Shown here: positions 1 through 9,815 of the stretch, one piece after another
Layout: each line of letters opens with the position of its first letter
Position numbering within the stretch: the stretch's first letter is position 1
Virus record (IMG/VR): IMGVR_UViG_3300039286_000350
Location: 66,984-108,108 of that record
Source: a virus
Direction: 5' to 3' (one strand)
Length of the DNA: 41,125 bases
Translations under genes and position numbers: made by a program
Notes under the pieces: generated by a model
Told to the model about the DNA's origin: nothing
The model's database searches: none
Seen by the model: only the letters and a program-made list of their open reading frames with translations

Positions 1-843
1 AACGCCGAGGTCTCGTTTCGAGCCCTCAACCATGTTGTCATCCTCAAACTTCCGGTAGACACAAGTTATTTCTAGGTCTTCGGGGTTCTCGCCTCGAAGT
101 ACCCTCTGGACATACTCTGTAAGACGTCGATCATCGAGGACGTCTAGCTCGTCAAAGACGTCCGACCCACCAGAAGATTTCAACTCCAGGCGATAATCTT
201 CCGTTATGCGAACGGTGCTCAGTGATTCCTCATCAACAGCAGCGCCCTCTCGGTCCACAACGTATTGGATCTGACACGCGCGCATTGGTAAGTTAACGTT
301 CTCAGGATAATCAGGGAATACATAGGAAGGATCCTGCAAAGATATTGATGGAACCTCATCGTCCGCTTGGGCCTCAACCAAAACAAAGAAGTCTCCACAG
401 GTCTTACCCATGATGCACATTACCCAGTCCCAAAAATCTAGGTGATTATACTTCCTCATCCTGGCAACGCGGGCCTTCATCTTTTTTATCTCGGCCGTGT
501 CTTCTTTCTGACCCTCTTTTGGAACGCCGTTCTCATCAAGAGGGATTCCACGGATCCCAACCGGGATCCCAAAGAGCCAGTCTGACTTCATGTCAACAGA
601 CCTTCTTATCACAGATGTATAGTTGACACGCAAAGATAGAAAGTCATTAACCTCCAAAGCTCGGAGGTTTTCCGCTTCGTACTGAGCCTCCTGGTAATAG
701 CCGATGTTTCGATCGTACCTTGCCAGGCGCTCCTTATGAACTGGATCCTCATGGTCAATAGGCGCCGCTGAGGTCACCCCAACCATGCGGGAAAAAGTTG
801 CAGCCTCGCCACGGTGCCACGCAGGTGATAGGCGAGTGCTCAA
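1..843 (-). CDS. Phage portal protein, SPP1-like (N-terminal part; runs off the window edge)
   Basis: Not in the ORF track. Hand translation from TTG at 843 (RBS AGGTGAGG) gives an open frame of 281 codons to position 1: MSTRLSPAWH...ERLARYDRNIGYY...VIRRSVDMKSDWLFG...GKTCGDFFVLV...LQDPSYVFP. Pattern and position downstream of TerL fit an SPP1-type portal. Confidence 0.8.
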   Translation of the reverse strand, partial: MSTRLSPAWHRGEAATFSRMVGVTSAAPIDHEDPVHKERLARYDRNIGYYQEAQYEAENLRALEVNDFLSLRVNYTSVIRRSVDMKSDWLFGIPVGIRGIPLDENGVPKEGQKEDTAEIKKMKARVARMRKYNHLDFWDWVMCIMGKTCGDFFVLVEAQADDEVPSISLQDPSYVFPDYPENVNLPMRACQIQYVVDREGAAVDEESLSTVRITEDYRLELKSSGGSDVFDELDVLDDRRLTEYVQRVLRGENPEDLEITCVYRKFEDDNMVEGSKRDLGV

Positions 844-933
844 ACCTCACCTACAAGTTTCAGGCCTTCGTAGGACCCAACCGGTGAGGTATTCATCCCC
901 ACCGATTTAGAGTAGCCATGGGCCACTAGGGGC

Positions 934-1053
934 CTACTTTTTACCTGACTTAGCCTTTGTGACTTTCTTGGCGCCGCCCGAGAACCGCTTTGAATTCGAC
1001 GGTTTCCGGTCAATGCGGTTGGAAGTCATTGACCCATATGAGGTGGTTGCCAC
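934..1053 (-). CDS. Small basic protein (39 aa)
   Basis: GTG start after GGGAG. MATTSYGSMTSNRIDRKPSNSKRFSGGAKKVTKAKSGKK; fills the TerL-portal gap. Confidence 0.5.
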   Translation of the reverse strand: MATTSYGSMTSNRIDRKPSNSKRFSGGAKKVTKAKSGKK

Positions 1054-1058
1054 CTAGA

Positions 1059-1235
1059 TCAGCTCCCTGGGTATTGCTTGCCCGTGGCACGTGGCTGCTT
1101 CGTTTTCGGAGCGCCACCTTGCCTGCCAAGCGGTCGTGATTTGCGAAGAGCGGGTGAGGGTTTCGGGCCCCGCTGCGAGAGACGCTTCTTCTCTGCATCA
1201 GAGCGGTGGCCCTGCCCGGCACTTATCGTTGCCAT
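1059..1235 (-). CDS. Small basic protein (58 aa)
   Basis: GGAGG RBS then ATG. MATISAGQGHRSDAEKKRLSQRGPKPSPALRKSRPLGRQGGAPKTKQPRATGKQYPGS. Confidence 0.6.
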   Translation of the reverse strand: MATISAGQGHRSDAEKKRLSQRGPKPSPALRKSRPLGRQGGAPKTKQPRATGKQYPGS

Positions 1236-1314
1236 TCAGAAACCTCCATAGAGGACAGCAGGATCGATCTCATCTACTACCCATTAGTTCAAGCTGGATG
1301 CAGAACGGTGTCGA

Positions 1315-3138
1315 TCATCTCGATCGCGGGCGGGCCCCTAGCGGGACTCCAGCTGCTGCAAAAGAGGCTCGCTTGCTCCAAGGATGCATTGACCGAGCAG
1401 GGTCGTGCCATGACGAATCGTCAGCCCATCCCTCATGACCACCCTCAATCTCAGCTGCAATGTTCTCAAACACCATCTCGGTCACACCAGTTACAGCACC
1501 AGCAAGTGCATCTGCCTCGTCCTTTGAGGCACCGGGCTCGTGGTCCACCTTTACTCCGTTGAGTAGTTTCACTCCCTTGAGCTCGGCTACTACCCGCTCG
1601 CGATAGTACGCCGCCATCCTACCCTGATAAATAGCTGACTTGAGGACGTTGTAAGCTGACAGGTCACGGTCTACCGATCTGTTTTCACATTCAATTCCCT
1701 GTTTCTGCAGATGCTGCAACATGTGCCTGGACTGGAACTGGTCAGCCGTAATCTTGCGAACACGACCACCACGCAACATAACCTCCAAAACCAGGTCCTC
1801 CATGATATCAATGTCCAGCTCTGATACATGGAGCTCCGCAGCTGAGAAAGAAGTGATCAGATCAACAAAGATGATAGGCTGTTTAAGTTCATGCCCATCT
1901 GCAGTGACACGAATGTTCCAATCCTGCATGTGACATAATGCTATAGCAGCTCGGTCTTTGGTAAGAGCAAGGTCGATATGACCACACATCGGCTTCTCAT
2001 GCTCAGGCCTCCAATCGGGCATGAGGAACCCAAGGTCGTCTACGGGCTCCGAAACCATCGTCTTGGTGCGGTCTTTTGGCACTTTGAAAGCATGCTCAAT
2101 AGCCTTATCGTTCCGGAAGAACTTATTTGTGGCCGCTGGTGGTTTACACTCATACTTGGCTTCGGCCTCATCTGGGTCCTTTCGGTACTCCTCAACGAAG
2201 TGCTCTTGCTTCTTGGTTGGGTTAACCTCCCAAGTAGCTTTCTTCGATCCATACATTGAGGGCTCAGTCAGTGATTTCTCATACATCTGCTCAATATAAT
2301 CCCCACGATATCGTGGGTAGCTGATGTACAACACCTTAGCAATACCAGGGAACCGCGACTGACCAGATGAACGCATCATCCCAGCAATCGCATCAGCTGA
2401 GTGTTGCGCCGCACGTGGAGAGACACGAGCCCGTGTCTCCTCTTTAGTCTTGAAAGCTGCTATCTCGTCCGCAACTCCAAGCATAAGGTTGAATCCCTCC
2501 AAAGACTCCTGCTCGCCGTGCCCAGAGTGAGAGGTAACATTCTTGTCGAAGAGTATTTTCCCTTGCTTAGGGTCATACTTGTCAGAGAACCAAGGGGATT
2601 CTCCAATCATCCTCTTGAACGGCTCAAAGAAGATGTCGTTGGCCTGTCGGGAGGAAACAGCCACATTCAGAATGTCTATCGCCGAGGCGGCATCCTGATT
2701 GTAGTATTCCTGCGGATCAGCTAGACACATCAACAGATAAGGGATGCGGCAGCATATAATACGGGCGCAAAAGTCCTTGCCGCTTCCCTTTCCCCACTCT
2801 GCTACAAGCTCAGTATAGTTGGGGCGCCACCAATCCTCGCCGGTGTATCCCCAATCTAGGAGCTTGAAGGTCTGAGGGAAATAGATCGCCTCACCTAGAG
2901 CGATCAGTCTAAACTGCTCATCCGACAAACGCGGTGCGCCCAGGTAGCCCTTGTCTCGGATGAACACATCCAGAGGAACTGGTTCCTCTGCGAATATAGA
3001 GCGATCTTCTGGGTTAACTCCCGATTCTAGAAGTTCGCCCTCTTGTGGGTGATAATCCTCAGCAGCACGACGGCGAGCGATAACCTCGTCAAGGTGACTA
3101 ACCGCTCGACCTTGCCAGCTAGGACTCCTCGCGGCCAA
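1315..3138 (-). CDS. terL: Terminase large subunit
   Basis: Walker A WGKGSGKD, Walker B GVADE, coupling motif ISYP, RNase H-like nuclease motifs HIDLA, ADQFQS and DH...KDEADA. Exact start uncertain. Confidence 0.93.
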   Translation of the reverse strand: MAARSPSWQGRAVSHLDEVIARRRAAEDYHPQEGELLESGVNPEDRSIFAEEPVPLDVFIRDKGYLGAPRLSDEQFRLIALGEAIYFPQTFKLLDWGYTGEDWWRPNYTELVAEWGKGSGKDFCARIICCRIPYLLMCLADPQEYYNQDAASAIDILNVAVSSRQANDIFFEPFKRMIGESPWFSDKYDPKQGKILFDKNVTSHSGHGEQESLEGFNLMLGVADEIAAFKTKEETRARVSPRAAQHSADAIAGMMRSSGQSRFPGIAKVLYISYPRYRGDYIEQMYEKSLTEPSMYGSKKATWEVNPTKKQEHFVEEYRKDPDEAEAKYECKPPAATNKFFRNDKAIEHAFKVPKDRTKTMVSEPVDDLGFLMPDWRPEHEKPMCGHIDLALTKDRAAIALCHMQDWNIRVTADGHELKQPIIFVDLITSFSAAELHVSELDIDIMEDLVLEVMLRGGRVRKITADQFQSRHMLQHLQKQGIECENRSVDRDLSAYNVLKSAIYQGRMAAYYRERVVAELKGVKLLNGVKVDHEPGASKDEADALAGAVTGVTEMVFENIAAEIEGGHEGWADDSSWHDPARSMHPWSKRASFAAAGVPLGARPRSR

Positions 3139-3520
3139 TGTTCTCGAACCTATGCTTGATTCGAGCCAAGACCTCAGGGTCAGTTATATCCTCAGTTATG
3201 ATAGACATAACTTTCTCAACAAACAAATCCTCAACTACAGTCTTGGTGTAGAGAGAATGGTAAGAGTTTAATAGGTCAGTGGCTATCTTTAGCCACGTGC
3301 CCAGCAGCTGGTTGTAGCGTTGCATATCCATGTTCGTTGGGTCAACCTCCATCGACCGCATGAGAACATAGATGAAGCAGTAACGCTCCAGCAGAACATC
3401 ATGAACAACATGAACTCCCTCAACAACCCGGAACTCTTGCTTGGCCTCAGCCATGAGCCGCCTGTACTCAGCTTGCAGGCCATCGTCTAGCGATCTTAGA
3501 CCGAGGGAGTCCTCCACCAC
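3119..3520 (-). CDS. Probable terminase small subunit
   Basis: 133-aa helical protein overlapping the TerL start; assigned by position. Confidence 0.5.
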   Translation of the reverse strand: MVEDSLGLRSLDDGLQAEYRRLMAEAKQEFRVVEGVHVVHDVLLERYCFIYVLMRSMEVDPTNMDMQRYNQLLGTWLKIATDLLNSYHSLYTKTVVEDLFVEKVMSIITEDITDPEVLARIKHRFENIGREES

Positions 3521-3567
3521 CTACTTGTACAGCAGCAGAGGACTCCCGCTATCGGTTTGATTGAGAT

Positions 3568-4017
3568 CTAAGACTCGTCCGGCTCAGTCGGAGGGATCGC
3601 CAGATCAATAGTCTCGTCTAGGTCGCGCTCTTCGGTGTAAAACGAGAAAGGAGACCAGTCATCCGGCTGCTTCCTAGCAGCAATGTTGGTATGAGGATAG
3701 TAACCAGCGGGCGGGTCGCCTCCGTCACCAGACGACGCTTCGAGCGTTAGAGATACTGGACTGTTACCTCGCTCACCATCCTCCTTGAGGGGGGCCCTAA
3801 CTTTGAGGATCTGGACAATCGAGCCGTCCGCTGCTCGATACCGCTCGATGACAGCGCCATCGGCAGGTATAGTGATCACAATCTCCTTGAAAGATTGGAT
3901 CTGAGCGTTGACCAAATCACCAGGCTTCGACGGCATTGAGGCCGAAGTCCGTTGGGGGTCGTTAACCGTAGTGCTCAGGGCGCGAGACCCTGAGACTGAT
4001 AGAGCGTGTGAACTCAT
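3568..4017 (-). CDS. Hypothetical protein (149 aa)
   Basis: ATG with strong RBS AGGAGG. Confidence 0.75.
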   Translation of the reverse strand: MSSHALSVSGSRALSTTVNDPQRTSASMPSKPGDLVNAQIQSFKEIVITIPADGAVIERYRAADGSIVQILKVRAPLKEDGERGNSPVSLTLEASSGDGGDPPAGYYPHTNIAARKQPDDWSPFSFYTEERDLDETIDLAIPPTEPDES

Positions 4018-4027
4018 GACTTCCTCC

Positions 4028-4125
4028 TGATCTCAGTGAGATCAACGATTGTGGGTTAATGGGGAAGCCAGCGCAACTGGCTTCGGCGTGTTGAGGTTAG
4101 CAGAAGAAGCTGAGGTTCTCAGCTT
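4028..4125. promoter_or_regulatory. Three 8-bp inverted repeats in the intergenic gap
   Basis: TGATCTCA-G-TGAGATCA (4028-4044), GAAGCCAG-N5-CTGGCTTC (4064-4084), AAGCTGAG-N3-CTCAGCTT (4107-4125). Confidence 0.6.
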
Positions 4126-4134
4126 GTGATAGTT

Positions 4135-5373
4135 CTACTCACGACCCTCGAGAGCGGCAAGCTCAGCCTCAAGATCTGTGGTGTCCTTCTGTTTGAAAGA
4201 AGGGGTGGCACCAGTTGCCTGTGTGGGTACTGGTACGCGCTCATCGGCAGGAGGCGGTACAGCAGAATCAGGTTGGGGCATTACTGTTCCATCGGTCAAC
4301 ATCATTAGGCGATATAGACCCGTCAGGAAGAACGTTCTCGGTGCTGAGGATGAATACTTAACCCGGTCGGCCATCTCCCAAGTCACCTTGATCGCCTGCT
4401 CAACAGTCGTCGGGTTCATGACATCGGCGAAGGAGGCAATTAGGTCGTTCTCAGACCCAGATCTCTGAACGTCTGCACCCATTTGGTACCGTAGTACATC
4501 ACGGTACCAATCAGTGATAGCCCGTACCACCAGCCCAAACTCGGTCGTTCTCTCCAAAGTTGTTAGGAGGACGCGCTCCAATCCGGGGGCATCTCTGGCA
4601 AGGACCTTCTCCATGATGGAGAGGAGCTCAGTACCTGAGACAACGCCGAGGGTCTGAGCACAGAGGTCTGCGGTGAGTTCCACAGATCCATGTGCGGTGA
4701 CGAGTTGATCCAAATGCGTGAGGCTGTCGCGGAGCGAACCGTCGGCATATCGAGAGATAATCTCAGCAGCATCAGGAGTAAGATCAACTCCCTCAGACTC
4801 AGCGACGTATCGCAGACGAGCATTAACATCGCTCTCAGTATGACGCCGGAAGTCAAGGGTGATCGACCGGCTGTGGATCGTAGCCGGTATTTTCTCGGGG
4901 TTGGTGGTAGCGAGGATGAAGACGACATGAGATGGGGGCTCCTCCAAAATCTTAAGCAGGGCCTCGAAAGCGTCACGAGACAGCGAGTGAACCTCGTCAA
5001 TGATGAACACTCGTTTCTCATAGGTCGGAGAATACAATCCTCGTTGTCGTAGGTCGCGAACATGGGCGACCGATCCATGACTTGGGCCGTCAATCTCTAC
5101 CACATCGGGGTTCTTGAACGCCAGAGCAGACGTACAAGAGTTGCACTCAAGGCAAGGGTTTCCATTCTCCTGCTTCTCACAATTGAGAGCCATTGCGAAG
5201 ATGCGCGCCGCAGACGTCTTGCCCGATCCTGCTACGCCGCAGAATATGTAAGAATGGAAAACACGACCATCCTCTAGGGACTTCCGAAGTACCAGGACCG
5301 CATGTTCCTGACCAACTAGGTCGGTCCAGTCGCGTGGTCTATATTTAAGGGGAAGCGGCTCGTAATCTGCCAT
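4135..5373 (-). CDS. dnaX: DNA polymerase III gamma/tau-like clamp loader ATPase (gamma-length)
   Basis: LKYRP..W.DLVGQ, Walker A GVAGSGKT, Zn module C..C..C..C, IIDEVH, LLKILEEPP, SRS. True start taken as MADYEPL at 5373, not 5559. Confidence 0.93.
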   Translation of the reverse strand: MADYEPLPLKYRPRDWTDLVGQEHAVLVLRKSLEDGRVFHSYIFCGVAGSGKTSAARIFAMALNCEKQENGNPCLECNSCTSALAFKNPDVVEIDGPSHGSVAHVRDLRQRGLYSPTYEKRVFIIDEVHSLSRDAFEALLKILEEPPSHVVFILATTNPEKIPATIHSRSITLDFRRHTESDVNARLRYVAESEGVDLTPDAAEIISRYADGSLRDSLTHLDQLVTAHGSVELTADLCAQTLGVVSGTELLSIMEKVLARDAPGLERVLLTTLERTTEFGLVVRAITDWYRDVLRYQMGADVQRSGSENDLIASFADVMNPTTVEQAIKVTWEMADRVKYSSSAPRTFFLTGLYRLMMLTDGTVMPQPDSAVPPPADERVPVPTQATGATPSFKQKDTTDLEAELAALEGRE

Positions 5374-5410
5374 CTTAGGTACTACTACACTGTGTTCTCG
5401 CGCGCAAAGA

Positions 5411-6346
5411 TCACGGAATCGCAGAGGCGTCGTGATGTTCGGAAGGATCAACGGCACCCTCAACCTGGGGCGGCAAGGTCGGTCCTTCGCCGTCACGGCT
5501 TTCCAACTCCCACCGGAGAAGCCAGACCAAATCTGCGGGGAAATCAGGCGTCCCCTCAAGAATCAGGACCTTCTCTTTCAAAGCCTGGAAGAGATCAGCA
5601 AGGTGTTTCATGCTGAACACACCATCTTCGAAGTGGGAGGAATGACGGTCCGTGCCAGATCCCTTCTTAACTCCAGGGTCGGGGGTGTTGAAGTGTATCA
5701 CGTCCGTCTTTGGCCAAACGTGAGGATCCTTGATCGCACTAATCATAGCAGGGACATCATAGCCAGACGAGAAGCAATGAGTTGTGTCAACACAGATTCC
5801 AACGCGGTCGCAACCTATCTGTTCCACAATCCACGCCAGCTCAAGAAGGTTCCCTGTAATGCCCCGTTGAGAACCTGTAATTCCAGTCAGTTTCTCATCT
5901 TTTACAGCCTTGTTCTCCAAGAGCAATCTTACAGGACCCTCGTAGTCAGTCATCACTTCCGTGACCGCCTCAATAAGCCAACCAACAGCATCACCGCGAT
6001 CATTTTCCTTGGCTGAACCAGGGTGGAAAACAAGGGACTTGCAACCAGCGCGCTCCGCCCAGACCAGCTGCTTGACGAGAGAGTGACGGGTCATGCGAGC
6101 ATTCCTCTGATCTGGCTTCTCGCATGCATTTAGTATGTAGACCGAATGGATCATCGAGTACACACCAGCACCCTTGGTCTTATACTCCGCGAAGATCTCA
6201 TCAGAGGTAGACGATGAAGGCCAATAACGCTGCGGGTTCCCTGCAAACATCTGCAGCGCCGTAGCTCCCTGATCTAGGGCCTGCTCAAGAGAGGCGAGAC
6301 ACAACTTGCCTCCGGGTCCACAATGAGATCCTATGCGCAGATTCAT
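5411..6346 (-). CDS. nfo: Endonuclease IV-like AP endonuclease (TIM barrel)
   Basis: IGSH, QMFAGNP, HSVYILN, VFHPGS, LLEN, CVDTTH, IHFN, DRH, ILE metal-ligand pattern. Start taken as MNLRIGSH at 6346. Confidence 0.88.
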   Translation of the reverse strand: MNLRIGSHCGPGGKLCLASLEQALDQGATALQMFAGNPQRYWPSSSTSDEIFAEYKTKGAGVYSMIHSVYILNACEKPDQRNARMTRHSLVKQLVWAERAGCKSLVFHPGSAKENDRGDAVGWLIEAVTEVMTDYEGPVRLLLENKAVKDEKLTGITGSQRGITGNLLELAWIVEQIGCDRVGICVDTTHCFSSGYDVPAMISAIKDPHVWPKTDVIHFNTPDPGVKKGSGTDRHSSHFEDGVFSMKHLADLFQALKEKVLILEGTPDFPADLVWLLRWELESRDGEGPTLPPQVEGAVDPSEHHDASAIP

Positions 6347-6356
6347 ACTTGCTAGG

Positions 6357-6671
6357 TCAACGTCCATAAGAATGTAGCTCCGGCCATTCCACACTGTCGA
6401 GAATCTCATTCATGGATTGCCCCCGGGTCAATATAGCTACAACATAGCTCAATTCCTCACGACCAGAAGGCGAAGGAGGAAAGATGGGGACACGACCACC
6501 TAGAAATCTCAGCCTGTCTGGCGAAGGCGGTACGGTATCGAGGGCGCGTGGAGCTTCGTTCCTCTTTCGGTTATAGCGGCCGGTCAAGGCCACGATCACC
6601 GGAATGGAAATCAGGAGCAGGAAAACAACTCCGAGAGGAATAGCTGGCGGGGTGGGTACGGCTGCAAGCAT
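6357..6671 (-). CDS. Small membrane protein
   Basis: N-terminal hydrophobic helix LGVVFLLLISIPVIVAL; RBS AAGGA. Confidence 0.7.
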   Translation of the reverse strand: MLAAVPTPPAIPLGVVFLLLISIPVIVALTGRYNRKRNEAPRALDTVPPSPDRLRFLGGRVPIFPPSPSGREELSYVVAILTRGQSMNEILDSVEWPELHSYGR

Positions 6672-6714
6672 CTTGGTTCCTTTCTACCTGTTCCTGGGGA
6701 TAGATGCAGACCTG

Positions 6715-9579
6715 TCAGTCCTCATCCAGAATCTCTTCGACGTCCTGGTCAGTAACCTCAGAGTCAGACTCAGGCTTGCTAAATTTGAGGGTCAACAGAT
6801 CATCCGGGATGGTCAGCTCCTTGTTCCACCAGTCCTTGTGAGCACGTTTGTCCCACCCAGTTGCTTTGACAGCTTCGGCGACCGTCAATCCTGATAGCTC
6901 AACTCCCTTGAGGATCGCTGCCCGGCACAGTGACTGGAGCGGCTTCTCAGGATCAAACTCTGGGATATCCTTGGTGCGACCCATCCGTTCGTGACCAATC
7001 ATCTCATATGGGAACTCAAGACGGTCTTCGATCAGTTTCTTATGGCCAGGCCATAGGCTCTCATCAATATAGTCCTTGATGAACTTCTTTCGCTCTTCCT
7101 CTTCTTTCCGAGCAACCCAGGCATCTTCGATAGTGGAAGCATAGTCTTCCGCCTTGGAACGAAGGGCAGCCTCTTCCTCAGCTTCCTTCTTCTTAACCTG
7201 GGCAGTCTCGATCAGATCCTTTAGGATTCGATCAGGTTCACCAACGTAGAGCAGGCGATACGGGTGTTCGTACTCCCGCCGCTCATACTCCTGGAGTTTG
7301 TCCAGATCTTTGGGCATCTCAGACTCCGGCGTCCATGGAAAGGAACGAGCGTGCAGGTTGGCTTTGCGTCCATAGCGTCCTTCAAGATCGAACGTCCCGT
7401 CGCGGTTCCGCTTCCATTCCTTGGAGATCTTGACCAGATTAATCTCTTCCTGCCAGTCACGCTCAGTGGCCCAAATAATAAATCCAGTCTCGCGGGGCTT
7501 GGGGTCATACTCGATCGCAATAAGCTCCTCAGGACGTTTCTTACGATTCTTCTTCGGGAGATTGTATTCCGCTTTGATCTGCTCAACGGCCTCATCAATC
7601 TCGGCAGATGTGAGAGCATTAGATCTAGTGGCTCGAAAGTCGTAAGCCTCCCACAGATCCTTGTCTTTCCAGACAATCTCCCACTTCTTGTAACGGATGC
7701 CGATCAGTCGAGATTCATTCTCGGCTCGTAGTTCACCGTGACGGTTGTACTCACGCTCCAGGACATAAGGATTTAGATGATCATCTGGGTCTTCGTATCC
7801 AACTACGACGTAGCGGCCCGAGGAGTTCCGGTGGACGCAGATCGTACTTGGCCATTCGCCAGCCAGTCGAGCTGCAAGGCTTTCATCAGGCTTGTGAATT
7901 TTCGACTTGAGACGGCGTTTGTACTCGTTGACAATCTGTTTGAGGGATTTCTCATCATCCTCAAGGATCGATCCATGTTTCCGCGACTTGGTCTTCTGCC
8001 ACTGGATGAGCTCGTCAACGGAAGACTCTGCCTCATCACGAGGCGAATGCTCTGACATCTTGTCGATGAGCAGTACTCGGAACGGTGCCTCTTCTTTCTG
8101 CTCTCGTTTCTTCGCAAGTATTGCAGCCTTGATCACCGGGAACATGTCAACATATTCCTCGCGATTGATCCTGGACTGGAGGTAGTATTCCAGGTCCTCC
8201 AGAGAAGCTAGGTCGAAAGGAAGGATGTACTTGTCCGTGACCCTGATTTCGACGGAGGCACGTCTTTTCGCCTCATGTTCGTCGCCCCAATAGGGATCAT
8301 ATACCTTGCCCTGGCGCTGGAAGGCACATCGGTAGGAACGACCGTTTTCAGTCTCAGACGTGACCGCAAGTGGGACTCCGGAAGGCGGGAACTCACCCCA
8401 GGATGGCTTGATCCTGCTGTGCTCCACCCTAGTCATGCCGCGGTCCTTTTCCTGGACTACTGTGTCGTCAGCAAACTTGAAAGAACCGAACCCACCAACG
8501 ATCCGCATTCCAACCTGCAGCTGCTCATTGAGATTTCGCTGCCACTCTCGGAATTCAGGGCGTCCTGATCCGTCGGTGAGAAGGTTCTCAGCGTCAAGAA
8601 TAAAGCGAACATGTTCTGCCTCATGGGCTTGACGAGAAAGGAAGTTGATTCCCTGCGGAGGAAGAGGACGAAGAACTGTGGTCCGGTCCACCAAACCCTG
8701 CAAGATCAATGCGGCTCGCATGAAGTGCCGTTTTGCCTCGTCAGCTTGCTCCTCAGCTTCGTGCCACTCGTCCGAGCCAGGTCGCAGCGTTTCATAATCC
8801 TGGTCAGTCTCGTTGACCGACTCCTTGGAAATTTTGAAGTATGAGGTGAACTCGTCTGCGGAAGGGATCAGACGGTCGCCGACCTCAAAGTTCGTGTAAA
8901 CACGGAGCAGCATTCCTCCGTTCCGGATGAGGAAGTAAGTCTTGGCCTCGTCGCCAGAAGCACGGTGACGTCCGTATTCATCGTGTTCCCACTTCTTAGG
9001 AACCAGCGCAACAATCCCCTTCTCCTCAGGGATCACCTGGTCAACATGAGCAGGATCCTGCTTTAGCCAAGCATCGAATAGATCCGCCTCCATGGCCGTG
9101 ATACCACCGTCCTCCGCGGCAACAGCGCACTCCTGATCCATAGCAAGGACCAGCTGACGCACATGAATAGGTGTATCAGCAGGAGCAGGGTCACCGTCCT
9201 TGATGAGAACCATTTTCTCATCTGAACCAAGATAGAGATTAACGGTCCAGATCCCCTCTTGCATGATCTCAACCATCTCTTCCATGGGAGCCAGCTCGCG
9301 TGAGACGCGCTCCATCTCAGCGCGCATTTTCTCCTCCATGGCCCTAACCTCTGCCTTCATAGCAGACTCAAGTGCATCGCTCTTCTCTTGGATCCGCTCT
9401 GCCATCTTGTTGGCAGCAGCCGCAACTCCGGCCATCTCTTTTCGAATGGCATCGGGAGACTTGTCAGTCGTCACGAGGTCAGTGGAAGGCCCACCCTCTC
9501 GGATCTCTTTGGCTTGCTCGTTTAGTTCGTCAAGCTCAGAGCGAAGTTTTTCTATGTTCTGATTAGCATCCATAGTCAA
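6715..9579 (-). CDS. Large hypothetical protein (954 aa) with N-terminal coiled coil
   Basis: Long ORF; coiled coil in about aa 1-110, then a globular region (YLG...VRQLVLAMDQE, YFLIRNG, LQGLVDRT). No recognisable catalytic motif. Confidence 0.85.
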   Translation of the reverse strand: MTMDANQNIEKLRSELDELNEQAKEIREGGPSTDLVTTDKSPDAIRKEMAGVAAAANKMAERIQEKSDALESAMKAEVRAMEEKMRAEMERVSRELAPMEEMVEIMQEGIWTVNLYLGSDEKMVLIKDGDPAPADTPIHVRQLVLAMDQECAVAAEDGGITAMEADLFDAWLKQDPAHVDQVIPEEKGIVALVPKKWEHDEYGRHRASGDEAKTYFLIRNGGMLLRVYTNFEVGDRLIPSADEFTSYFKISKESVNETDQDYETLRPGSDEWHEAEEQADEAKRHFMRAALILQGLVDRTTVLRPLPPQGINFLSRQAHEAEHVRFILDAENLLTDGSGRPEFREWQRNLNEQLQVGMRIVGGFGSFKFADDTVVQEKDRGMTRVEHSRIKPSWGEFPPSGVPLAVTSETENGRSYRCAFQRQGKVYDPYWGDEHEAKRRASVEIRVTDKYILPFDLASLEDLEYYLQSRINREEYVDMFPVIKAAILAKKREQKEEAPFRVLLIDKMSEHSPRDEAESSVDELIQWQKTKSRKHGSILEDDEKSLKQIVNEYKRRLKSKIHKPDESLAARLAGEWPSTICVHRNSSGRYVVVGYEDPDDHLNPYVLEREYNRHGELRAENESRLIGIRYKKWEIVWKDKDLWEAYDFRATRSNALTSAEIDEAVEQIKAEYNLPKKNRKKRPEELIAIEYDPKPRETGFIIWATERDWQEEINLVKISKEWKRNRDGTFDLEGRYGRKANLHARSFPWTPESEMPKDLDKLQEYERREYEHPYRLLYVGEPDRILKDLIETAQVKKKEAEEEAALRSKAEDYASTIEDAWVARKEEEERKKFIKDYIDESLWPGHKKLIEDRLEFPYEMIGHERMGRTKDIPEFDPEKPLQSLCRAAILKGVELSGLTVAEAVKATGWDKRAHKDWWNKELTIPDDLLTLKFSKPESDSEVTDQDVEEILDED

Positions 9580-9815
9580 TCAATCTCGGAGAACTCTGAC
9601 TCTGGCAAAGTGATCGTGTCGGGGCTGCTCGGCCGGTGGAAATCGAAGATGGGGTGGTCACCGTCAAGAGCCCCGCGGACCTCTGCTCTTATCTCTTCCC
9701 TTTCCGGAAGATCTAGTTCATGCCAAGGGGGACCTGACAGTTGCCCCATGAATCCTTCGATCCTGGCATGGTAGAGCAGGACACAGATCTGGTCAAGATT
9801 CTCATCAGTGATCAT
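9576..9815 (-). CDS. Hypothetical protein
   Basis: ORF coupled to both neighbours. Confidence 0.65.
   Translation of the reverse strand: MITDENLDQICVLLYHARIEGFMGQLSGPPWHELDLPEREEIRAEVRGALDGDHPIFDFHRPSSPDTITLPESEFSEID

Noticed and set aside
1010-1222. 70-aa ORF in the track
   Set aside because: Two RBS-supported ORFs in other frames (1059-1235, 934-1053) explain the region better.
4020-4135. Possible tRNA
   Set aside because: Hairpins are present, but there is no acceptor stem, T-loop or cloverleaf.
4135-4400. dnaX programmed frameshift (gamma/tau)
   Set aside because: No A-AAA-AAG or poly-A slippery run is seen, and there is no downstream tau domain in another frame.
5374-5559. N-terminal extension of DnaX in the ORF track
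   Set aside because: It overlaps the nfo 3' end, and DnaX homology starts at MADYEPLPLKYRP.
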